The position numbers were made by a program, and so were the translations under genes. The notes below the pieces were generated by a model. The model ran no database searches. It saw only the letters and a program-made list of their open reading frames with translations, and was not told the origin of the DNA. A stretch of DNA of 15,996 nt from a candidate division WOR-3 bacterium. Its GTDB lineage: Bacteria; Hydrothermota; Tepidihabitantia; Tepidihabitantales; Tepidihabitantaceae. This document shows, piece after piece, positions 5,829 to 13,545 of this stretch. Position 1 is the first letter of the stretch; each line of letters starts with the position of its first letter. The DNA is taken from assembly GCA_039801225.1 (NCBI GenBank), contig JBDRUH010000034.1:1-15996 (forward strand). Reading direction: 5' to 3'.

Positions 5829-8078
5829 CCAAATTGGTTCTATATTGTCTTGTTAGCCGGGCTGTTATTTATATTTTTTGCTGAGGTCATATTAAAAAAA
5901 GGTTTTTTCTGGGAGGACTTTCTTGAACAGAACTTTCCCTATCGGCTTTTTGCCGCGCGTGCCCTTGCTGAAGGTAAATTCCCTTTCTGGAACCCCTACA
6001 TCTTTGGCGGTTTGCCCTTTTTTGCTGATATTCAAACCGCAATATTATTTCCCACCAATTTACTCCTGACTTTTTTTGTCCACAATCGCTGGCTGAGTAG
6101 TTATCTGTGCCAATTTGCCCTCATCTTGCAACTGCTTATTGCCGGAACAGGTATGTTCTTTTTTGCTCAGACTATCGGCGTGAACAAAAGAGTGGCATTT
6201 TTTATGGCTATGGTTTATATGCTGAACGGTCGTTTTGTCGTCCATATGAACCATAGTCAGATGATTCAGACCTTTACCTTTATCCCTTTGCTTTTTTTAT
6301 TTCTTAGACAGGGATTTCTCACCAGTGGCATCGCTTCGGTTCGTAATCTGATCATCTGCGGTCTTTTATTAGGAATTGCCGCTTATGCCGGGTATCCCCA
6401 GGCGATAGTTATTATCCTGATTGGATTTCTAATTTTTGCGATATATCAAATCGCTCTAACACCGAAAAAAGCCGGGGCAATGATTCTCCGCCTGGGATTG
6501 GTAATAGGTATTTTTCTTCTGATTGCCCTTTGCCAGTATCTACCCACCTATTATCTCTTTAAAGAGTCAATCCGGGCAAAATATTCATATGCCGAAATCG
6601 TTGAAGGTTCTTTTCACCCCCTCCGGTTTATTACCTTCCTCATCCCCAATTATTTCGGGACCACAGCCCAGGGTGACTTTAGAAGCTATTTCGGACCCGG
6701 TCCCTATTACCAGTACTGGGAACAGATGGCTTATATCGGCATTCTTCCGCTAATTCTTGCCGGATTCAGTTTTTATAGAAACAGACGCCATTCTCCTTGG
6801 CTACCACTTCTGTTATTAATAATTCCACTTCTTATTGCACTTGGTCGGCATTTCCCTTTGCACATCTTGCTCTACAAGTTTATCCCATTTTTCTCTCATA
6901 TCAGGACGCCAGCCAAGTTCTTAAACCTAACTCTGTTCGGGATTGTTTGGCTTGGTGGCATCGGGCTTGACAACTTATTGGATGGGAAACCAAGACCAAA
7001 GGTGGTAATTGTCTGGGGAGGGATGCTTTTTTTAATAATCATCGGCTCCATTTTATTTCTACCAACCCATTCCGGCGAGTTGGGAAGAAAGGTTGCCACC
7101 GGCAATGCCCTCAGGTCACTCCTCATTGCTACCCTGAGTGTATTGGGGCTGTGGCTTTACTTAAAGAAGAGACTAAAACAGCGGTGGTCTTTGATTTTAC
7201 TGAGTGCGATTGCCTTTTTTGACCTCTTTTCTTTCGGCAAAAGTTACAACACAGGTAAAGTCCAACCGGAGTTATACTGGGATGAGAACTCGTTAGTTCG
7301 TTTCTTTAAAACTGCCGCAGAGAAAGATTTTATTAGAGTAAACACCCGCTGTCGCGAAGGGTTGATTCTGCCCAGGAATATGGGCTATGTCCAAGAGTTC
7401 TGGACAACCGACGGTTATAACCCATTACTCTTAGACCGTTTTGTAGAAGTAAGGGAAAATCTCAGTCCGGAGCGCTTTTTTGCCCTTATGAATGTCAAGT
7501 ATTACACCTCCTTTGATGCTGAGAGTCAGCAGTTGAAAATTAATGAAAATTCCACCTACCTACCGAGAGCAAAGGTGTTCTATGATTGGGAAATTATTTC
7601 TGATAAAGAAAGCCTTTTCCGGGTTTTAAATAGTGCTGATTTCCCGCTTTTTACTAAGGTCATCTTGGAAAGCGAATTAGGAATTGAACCTGGGCGCGCG
7701 GATGACGCCCGAAACCGGGCGCCCGATTCGGGCGGAAAACAGGACACCGAGACGGTCCGAATCAGTTCCTATTCCATCAATGAGATTGATGTTGAGGTTG
7801 AGGTTGACCGACCGGCAGTTCTTGTGCTTTCCGAGAATTACTATCCGAACTGGCAGGTAACAATTGATGGCAAAAGAAGTAGGTCATTTCCTGCGAACTA
7901 TTGTTTGCGAGGCTGCGCGGTGCCAGAAGGAAAACACCGGGTAAAATTCGTCTATCGGGAACGGCTCTTCCTTCCATTGCTGGCTCTTGCCATATTGACG
8001 CTCATTGGCGGCATCACCTTTTTGATAACTACCGGACGACGCCAGTTTACTAAGGATGCCGGGTTGAGAATAAAATAA
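5736..8078 (+). CDS. YfhO-family multi-pass membrane protein (GT-C glycosyltransferase-like)
   Basis: PFWNPYIFGGLPF, many TM segments, YIG, RTPAKF and the C-terminal LVLSENYYPNW...NY..RG..VPEGKH.V.F.Y typical of YfhO. The N-terminal ~30 aa are repeat-derived. Confidence 0.85.
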   Translation: MQKTEDRGGKSAKAKSQKPKVKSQRKTGDGGPNWFYIVLLAGLLFIFFAEVILKKGFFWEDFLEQNFPYRLFAARALAEGKFPFWNPYIFGGLPFFADIQTAILFPTNLLLTFFVHNRWLSSYLCQFALILQLLIAGTGMFFFAQTIGVNKRVAFFMAMVYMLNGRFVVHMNHSQMIQTFTFIPLLFLFLRQGFLTSGIASVRNLIICGLLLGIAAYAGYPQAIVIILIGFLIFAIYQIALTPKKAGAMILRLGLVIGIFLLIALCQYLPTYYLFKESIRAKYSYAEIVEGSFHPLRFITFLIPNYFGTTAQGDFRSYFGPGPYYQYWEQMAYIGILPLILAGFSFYRNRRHSPWLPLLLLIIPLLIALGRHFPLHILLYKFIPFFSHIRTPAKFLNLTLFGIVWLGGIGLDNLLDGKPRPKVVIVWGGMLFLIIIGSILFLPTHSGELGRKVATGNALRSLLIATLSVLGLWLYLKKRLKQRWSLILLSAIAFFDLFSFGKSYNTGKVQPELYWDENSLVRFFKTAAEKDFIRVNTRCREGLILPRNMGYVQEFWTTDGYNPLLLDRFVEVRENLSPERFFALMNVKYYTSFDAESQQLKINENSTYLPRAKVFYDWEIISDKESLFRVLNSADFPLFTKVILESELGIEPGRADDARNRAPDSGGKQDTETVRISSYSINEIDVEVEVDRPAVLVLSENYYPNWQVTIDGKRSRSFPANYCLRGCAVPEGKHRVKFVYRERLFLPLLALAILTLIGGITFLITTGRRQFTKDAGLRIK

Positions 8079-8931
8079 TAACTACACTTACTAGCCAGAG
8101 TCCAATAGCTATTAAGAGCGGCAGGTCGGTAAAAAGAACTTTTTCTGGTGCGCCGCCCTCTTCCTTACGATACACTAAATAAAGATAACGATATATGCCG
8201 TAGAGGACAAAGGGAACGGTAAAAATCAAACTGTGAGTTCCAAACTTCTGCACCGTTTCCGGAGCAATTGTATAGAGGCAGTAGGTAACGACCGTTGCTG
8301 AAGTGGCGACTGCGATCATCTGGTCCAAAAGCGTCTCGGAATAATTTGCTAAGACACTGCGATGATTAACCCCGCCGTCAGAAAGATACAATAGTTCGTG
8401 CCGGCGTTTGGCTAAAGCAAGAAATAATGCTAAAAGAATAGCACAGACAAAAAGCCACGAGGAAATTTCCACCCCCACCACGAATGTCCCAGAAATTGCC
8501 CGCAGGGCAAATCCCGCCGCCACCGTCATTACATCTAAAACTACCATCCGCTTTAAGCCAAATGAATATGCCAGTTGTAATAAAAAGTAGGTAACGACGC
8601 TCAAACCAAATCGCCAGTCAAGTAACCAGCCAATCAATAAACCAATTAATAAAAGAAAGGCTCCGGAAATGACCGCCGGTCCTGTTGTCAATCGTCCGGA
8701 GGCGATGGGGCGAAATCGCTTCTTGGGGTGGAAACGGTCGTTTTCCCGGTCTTTTAAATCGTTGACGATATAAACACTGCTGGAAACAAAACAGAAGGCG
8801 ATAAATGCGCCAACGGCATGTAAAAGTTCAAAAGGTTCGGTAAACTTCCGAGCGAATATAACACCGACAAAAACCAGCAGGTTTTTCACCCAGTGCTTCG
8901 GTCGCATTGAACGGAGAATCTCTAAAAGCAT
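8050..8931 (-). CDS. UbiA-family decaprenyl-phosphate phosphoribosyltransferase-like prenyltransferase
   Basis: MRPKHWVKN, YIVNDLKDRENDRFHPKKRFRPIASG, YSFGLK, GFALRA, KRRHEL and YGIYRY. Confidence 0.92.
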   Translation of the reverse strand: MLLEILRSMRPKHWVKNLLVFVGVIFARKFTEPFELLHAVGAFIAFCFVSSSVYIVNDLKDRENDRFHPKKRFRPIASGRLTTGPAVISGAFLLLIGLLIGWLLDWRFGLSVVTYFLLQLAYSFGLKRMVVLDVMTVAAGFALRAISGTFVVGVEISSWLFVCAILLALFLALAKRRHELLYLSDGGVNHRSVLANYSETLLDQMIAVATSATVVTYCLYTIAPETVQKFGTHSLIFTVPFVLYGIYRYLYLVYRKEEGGAPEKVLFTDLPLLIAIGLWLVSVVIILFSTRHP

Positions 8932-8941
8932 CGTAAAGAAA

Positions 8942-8969
8942 CTTTTACCGGAAAGGCTTCTAATGTCAA
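8942..8969 (-). promoter_or_regulatory. Putative promoter of the UbiA-family gene
   Basis: TTGACA (8969-8964), N16, TAAAAG (8947-8942), N10, ATG. The -10 element is weak. Confidence 0.45.
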
Positions 8970-8970
8970 G

Positions 8971-10119
8971 TCAGGGGCAGGGGGTGGTTAATTGTAATAT
9001 CTCGGCGGCTATTTTTGCCATTGCTCCTGGTGGTCCAAGCAGTTCTTTTACCCGGGCAAGACCGGCACGGATTTTTTCTCGGTAGACCTCATCAGAAAAA
9101 AGCCGTTGAGCCGTTTGATAAAGTCTTTCCTCATCGGGCGAAAGAAACTCCGGAATTACCATAGAATCTGCCACTATATTAGGAATGGAAAAATACCGCA
9201 GTTTCACCATAAGTCTGGCAAGGAAACGACCGGGTTGGGTAAAGTGATAAGAGGCAACCTCTGGAGTTCCCAATATCGCCGTCTCGGCGGTAGCGGTTCC
9301 CGAGACTACTAAGGCTAAATGAGCATGACGAATCACCTCATACCGTTTTTCCGGCGGGATGCGAATTACCTCTTGTCCTTCGGCTAAATTGCCAAATCCT
9401 CCAATAACCACTCCTTTTAGTCCTAAATAGCGTCGCTTGAGTCTATTGAAGATACGCAGAAAAAGCGGCTGGTGGAATTTAGTTTCCGCAGAGCGTGAAC
9501 CCGGTAAAAGAACGATATACTTCGTGTCGGAGTTAAACCCCAAAAAAGAAAGAACCTCTTCTCTTTTAAGAGTAGACTTTACCGAGTCCAGTAAAGGATA
9601 GCCATAATAAACCGCATCTATCCCAAGAGAACGGAGTAACCTTTCCTCAAATAAAAAAAGACAGAAAACCCTATTCACCGCCTGACGAAGAAGTTTTACC
9701 CGAAAGGAACCCCACGCCCAAATTTGTGGCGCTGCCAGATAAACTACCGGAATACCGAGTTTACGGAACTTTTTTCCCAAGAAAAGATTAACGCCGGGAA
9801 ACCCGATAAGAACTAAAACATCCGGGTTTAGTTGCTGGACATAAAAGAAATGATGCCGGAGGAGCCGGCCAACGCTGAACATCCTTCTCGCCCCTTCCCA
9901 TAAACCCAGTGTTGGACCAAGACCATAACTCACATCCAATTTCACCACCCGAACCTCAGGATTTAACTTTTTAATCTCTCTCTCTAATAAATCGGCGAAA
10001 AGAAAACCCGAGACCTCTCCCGCAGATATAAGGATACACCGAGAGTCCGCAGTCCGGAGTCCGGAGTCCGTAAACCGGAGGACGGTGGGCGGGCGACGGA
10101 AGACGGAAACAATGGTCAC
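8971..10119 (-). CDS. lpxB: Lipid-A-disaccharide synthase-like GT19 protein, divergent
   Basis: SAGEVSG, APQIWAWG, GYPLLD, LLPGSR, SGTATAE and SIPNI. Several conserved N-domain residues differ from canonical LpxB. Confidence 0.8.
   Translation of the reverse strand: MTIVSVFRRPPTVLRFTDSGLRTADSRCILISAGEVSGFLFADLLEREIKKLNPEVRVVKLDVSYGLGPTLGLWEGARRMFSVGRLLRHHFFYVQQLNPDVLVLIGFPGVNLFLGKKFRKLGIPVVYLAAPQIWAWGSFRVKLLRQAVNRVFCLFLFEERLLRSLGIDAVYYGYPLLDSVKSTLKREEVLSFLGFNSDTKYIVLLPGSRSAETKFHQPLFLRIFNRLKRRYLGLKGVVIGGFGNLAEGQEVIRIPPEKRYEVIRHAHLALVVSGTATAETAILGTPEVASYHFTQPGRFLARLMVKLRYFSIPNIVADSMVIPEFLSPDEERLYQTAQRLFSDEVYREKIRAGLARVKELLGPPGAMAKIAAEILQLTTPCP
10040..10110. repeat. Inverted heptamer array encoding the LpxB N-terminal extension
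   Basis: Minus strand: tccgtct tccgtcg cccgccc accgtcc tccggtt t acggact ccggact ccggact gcggact. Confidence 0.75.
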
Positions 10120-10124
10120 GAAGA

Positions 10125-10186
10125 AAATTAGATAACTCTCAGAGCCAAAGTCAATGTTTGACGGATAATGGGTAATTTGTTACATT
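10125..10186. promoter_or_regulatory. Back-to-back divergent promoters for lpxB and speB
   Basis: Minus: TTGACT (10154-10149), N18, TAATTT (10130-10125), N5, GTG. Plus: TTGACG (10158-10163), N17, TACATT (10181-10186, with upstream TG), N10, ATG. Confidence 0.55.
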
Positions 10187-10196
10187 TAGAAACTAT

Positions 10197-11027
10197 ATGG
10201 CATCATATTTTGCCAACGCCGATTTTGATGCTGCTCAGGTGGTAGTCAGAGGAATGCCGCTTGACCGCAGCAGTTCCTATATTCCCGGAACAAGATTTGG
10301 TCCCGCCGTGGGCAGACTCGGAACCGACAATATTGAGTCTTTCAGCCCTTATCAGCACAAAGATGTCACCCAGGTTAAAATTTACGATGCCGGCGACCTT
10401 TCGTTTACCTTTGAAGCCCTAGAGACGCCCGGTCAACTCATCGGCAATTGGACAAAAGAGATTTATCAAAGAGGGAAAAAACAAATGGCGGTAGGTGGGG
10501 AACATACCATAACACCGTTTATCATCGCCGAAATGGTAAAATTTTTCCCTGAAATTCATATCATCCAGTTTGATGCCCATGCCGACCTGCGCGACGATTT
10601 TTTAGGTGAGAGGTTCTGTCATGCAACCGCGCTCTCTAGAACAATTGACCTAACAGGTCGGGAAAGGGTGTTTCAACTTGGTATCCGCTCTTTTGCCCAC
10701 CCCGAAGAGATGACGGTTCGCAATATGTTTCCATTTGATGTCCTATCCCCGATTTCCCAGATTCGGGAAGTGGTCGGCGATAAACCGGTTTATATAACCC
10801 TTGACCTGGATGTCCTTGACCCCGGTGTTCTTCCAGATGTCCAAACACCGCAACCGGGTGGCTGTTCCTATCAGGAACTGGTTCGGGCACTTGTCCGACT
10901 CAACGGTCTTAATATAGTCGGTGCCGACATTGTTGAATTCTGCCCGAGAAGCATAACTGCTGGAGTCGGCGCCACATTGGTTGCTGAACTAGTCCGGGAA
11001 CTCATTCTGCTCCTTTCACAGTCTTGA
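10197..11027 (+). CDS. speB: Agmatinase (ureohydrolase family)
   Basis: PGTRFGP, DAGD, GGEHT, DAHADLRD, HAT, GIRS, DLDVLDP, TPQPGG and DIVE. Confidence 0.9.
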   Translation: MASYFANADFDAAQVVVRGMPLDRSSSYIPGTRFGPAVGRLGTDNIESFSPYQHKDVTQVKIYDAGDLSFTFEALETPGQLIGNWTKEIYQRGKKQMAVGGEHTITPFIIAEMVKFFPEIHIIQFDAHADLRDDFLGERFCHATALSRTIDLTGRERVFQLGIRSFAHPEEMTVRNMFPFDVLSPISQIREVVGDKPVYITLDLDVLDPGVLPDVQTPQPGGCSYQELVRALVRLNGLNIVGADIVEFCPRSITAGVGATLVAELVRELILLLSQS

Positions 11028-11048
11028 ACATAAAGGAGGTCTCACTCT

Positions 11049-11231
11049 ATGTGTTGTCGTGCCTGTCCGGGGTATGAACTTTGCCGGACGAAAAAAGAGG
11101 CTTCTAAGGGTATGTCCTCAGAAGAGGAGTGCTGTAACCGTTGCCCTTATTTTGACTCCTGCATAGAAACTCCCCTAATGGACAATCCCAAAACAAGAGT
11201 TACTAACCGTCCAAACAGACGGAGGGGATAA
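11049..11231 (+). CDS. Small cysteine-rich putative metal-binding protein (2x CCxxCPx(Y/F)xxC)
   Basis: Strong SD AAAGGAGGT at 11032-11040, 8 nt before ATG. Internally repeated motif CCRACPGYELC / CCNRCPYFDSC. Confidence 0.72.
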   Translation: MCCRACPGYELCRTKKEASKGMSSEEECCNRCPYFDSCIETPLMDNPKTRVTNRPNRRRG

Positions 11232-11258
11232 GCTGTAACCATTGCCCTTATTTTGACT
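11131..11258 (+). repeat. 27-bp direct repeat with 1 mismatch, copies 101 bp apart
   Basis: gctgtaaccGttgcccttattttgact (11131-11157) and gctgtaaccAttgcccttattttgact (11232-11258). Confidence 0.9.
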
Positions 11259-11327
11259 GCCGACTCCCCAAAAATCCTAATTATCAAAACTTTTTGGATT
11301 TAGAGTTTCTCCTCCAGCAAGAGCCCG

Positions 11328-13463
11328 CTACTGTTTCTGAATCACCGCCACTTTTTCGGTATACGAGCCCATGCCGCTGGTGGCGACAATGATATAAAGT
11401 CCATTTGTCGTCTTATTAGGATACCAGACCGCTCGTCCCGTACCGGGCATTACCGGCAAGACAGCCACTAACTTGCCACTTATAGTGTATACCCGCACTT
11501 GGGCATCTTTGGGTAACCCATCAATTATCACCCCTGAATGTTCTTTAGTGATAAATGGATTGGGATAGACTCGCAAGCGGGCTGTTTGAGTATCATAAGG
11601 AGTAGCGAAGTTAAAAAGGGAAAAGCCCCGGGTGGTGCCAATCCCCGCTAGACCCTGGTAAACATCTAAGTCCAGGGCGGTATAAAAGGCAGAAAGCCCT
11701 TGAGGGTTGGGAAGAATTCCTGAATTTTGCGGGGTATAGTTGGTCCAGCGTCTAATAGGAACATCAAATATTGACAGCCCTAAATCGGAAAGAAACCAAA
11801 CCCGACCGGCGTCATCCACCCTAACCCGGTAAAGGTCGTTAGACAAAAGGGGGCTGTTTGCCGTGGTATAAACCTGAAATTCCTTGCCATTCCAAACCGC
11901 ACCTCCCTGAGGAGTTGCTACCCAGACATTGTCACTAAAGTCAACCGCAATAGAGCGAATCTCGGTGGAAGGCAGTCCAGCGATATGCAGAGTATGACCG
12001 TCATCACTCGGGTCAAAAAGAGTGCCGCCGTAGTCAAATTCCTCAAGTCCGTTCGTCAGCCCCAGCCATACCCGATTCTTGGAATCAAAAGCAAACTCGT
12101 AACCACCGCCCGGCGGCGGGACAAGTTCGGGCAGAACAAACTCCGCCTGTCGGCCAGTAGAGTCAATGGCAATAATGCTACCGTTCTGATTGAAAACCCA
12201 TTTAGTATCAAATCGGTCAAGACCAAAAGCCATTATGATATTCTTCTTCCCCGACCAGGTAATAGACTGCCAACTATTGGTCGCTGGGTCAAACATACTT
12301 ACCCCACCGGGCCAGAAATGGCTAAACCACAACCTTCCTTTAGAGTCGCACCTGATTTGCAACGCCCAGGACAGGGGTGATCTAATAATCTGAATGCTCC
12401 CGTCATCTGGTAATAGGCGCGTAACCGAGTTGGAGTGGTGACCGAGATATACACTCCCATCTTTGCCAAAGGTACAATCACTTATAAGACCGGAATAAAT
12501 ACACCCGAGCGCTACTTGGCGCCATGATTGACCGCTTTGTAAGTAAAACAAACCCTGTCCGGCCTCTTCACTGCCGCCACCACCAACCCAGAATGTCTCC
12601 TGTACCCATAATGATTGGGCGGCTTTGATAAAAAAGGGTTGTGCGGCACCGGTGGTATCAACTTTAAAAACCGTATCAACGGTGGCGAGATAAATAAAGT
12701 TATCATAAACGGCAATATCCTTTACCTTCTTAACCGAAGGAAATTGCCAGAGCGGTAGAAACCCACTCCTCTCCCCTATTGCCAACCCGGCTTCAGTTGC
12801 CAGAATTACTTTTTTCTTAAGAAAGCCAATTGCTAAAACCGAATCTCCCAAAGGGCGGCGAAAGCCCTGCCAGCGAGAAAAACTGGTGTCAGCACAACTT
12901 ACCCCCTGATTTGTGCCAATCCAGCAACAGGAGTCAATGACACCGATGGCCAGGACTTGGTCGCTTAAAAGTTCCTTCGTTTCTCCAACGGTAAAACGAC
13001 GTATCCGGTCATCAGAGAAGTCAAGGGGTGTGCCCTGGGTTTCAATAACAAATAATCCTTGTTCAGTGCCAAGAATAACCCTGCTCCCGGCAACCGCAAC
13101 CACCCTGGTGCGTTGGGGTAATTCATAAAGAGAATATCGTCTCACTTCACTTAAATCTTTTCCAATCACTACTACACCGGCACCGTAAGTTGCTACCCAG
13201 AGGTTGCCTTCACTATCCTGGGCGATACCAAGGCATTTGTTAACGCCCAACCCATCGGTATGCAATAGAACCTTTTTTACCTCTGGTTCCGGTTTGGTCT
13301 GTAAAATAACAACTCCGCCGGCAGTGGCAAGGAAAAGATTGGAATCGTTGCCACAGATGTCATAAATAAAACCAAAATTGGTATAGGTCTGCCACTTACT
13401 CGCTTGAATAACTGAGCTAGCAATGATGAGCAGTAAAATAAATCGCTCTTTTGTCTTTTGCAT
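11328..13463 (-). CDS. PorZ-like secreted beta-propeller protein with T9SS type-A / FlgD-like C-terminal domain
   Basis: Signal peptide (FILLLIIASSVIQA), WQTYTN, repeated propeller blades (DSEGNLWVAT, DSKGRLW, DSKNRVW, NSPLLSN) and a C-terminus VYPNPF...IIDGLP...VYTISGKLV...W...GLYI...KVAVI. Confidence 0.75.
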   Translation of the reverse strand: MQKTKERFILLLIIASSVIQASKWQTYTNFGFIYDICGNDSNLFLATAGGVVILQTKPEPEVKKVLLHTDGLGVNKCLGIAQDSEGNLWVATYGAGVVVIGKDLSEVRRYSLYELPQRTRVVAVAGSRVILGTEQGLFVIETQGTPLDFSDDRIRRFTVGETKELLSDQVLAIGVIDSCCWIGTNQGVSCADTSFSRWQGFRRPLGDSVLAIGFLKKKVILATEAGLAIGERSGFLPLWQFPSVKKVKDIAVYDNFIYLATVDTVFKVDTTGAAQPFFIKAAQSLWVQETFWVGGGGSEEAGQGLFYLQSGQSWRQVALGCIYSGLISDCTFGKDGSVYLGHHSNSVTRLLPDDGSIQIIRSPLSWALQIRCDSKGRLWFSHFWPGGVSMFDPATNSWQSITWSGKKNIIMAFGLDRFDTKWVFNQNGSIIAIDSTGRQAEFVLPELVPPPGGGYEFAFDSKNRVWLGLTNGLEEFDYGGTLFDPSDDGHTLHIAGLPSTEIRSIAVDFSDNVWVATPQGGAVWNGKEFQVYTTANSPLLSNDLYRVRVDDAGRVWFLSDLGLSIFDVPIRRWTNYTPQNSGILPNPQGLSAFYTALDLDVYQGLAGIGTTRGFSLFNFATPYDTQTARLRVYPNPFITKEHSGVIIDGLPKDAQVRVYTISGKLVAVLPVMPGTGRAVWYPNKTTNGLYIIVATSGMGSYTEKVAVIQKQ

Positions 13464-13471
13464 TTCGCTTT

Positions 13472-13499
13472 ATGATAACGAAGAAGGCAAATAAGTCAA
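13472..13499 (-). promoter_or_regulatory. Putative promoter of the PorZ-like gene (probably leaderless)
   Basis: TTGACT (13499-13494), N16, TATCAT (13477-13472), N8, ATG. Confidence 0.6.
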
Positions 13500-13545
13500 A
13501 TTGCAAAAGTCAAAATGATTTGAGATTTGACCTCTGGCTTTTGCC
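13494..13545. repeat. Inverted heptamer array just downstream of the wbaP-like stop (possible terminator hairpin)
   Basis: agtcaaa ttgcaaa agtcaaa atg atttgag atttgac ctctggc ttttgcc. Confidence 0.65.

Noticed and set aside
7788..7810. gttgag hexamer repeat in yfhO
   Set aside because: The period is a codon multiple and encodes a plausible beta strand (DVEVEVD).
11131..11258. DGR template/variable repeat or mini-CRISPR interpretation
   Set aside because: Only 27 bp with a single A/G difference and two copies 74 nt apart, with no reverse transcriptase or cas gene.
11262..11327. Possible bidirectional terminator between convergent genes
   Set aside because: Only a weak AT-rich stem (ccaaaaa/tttttgg) with a long loop.
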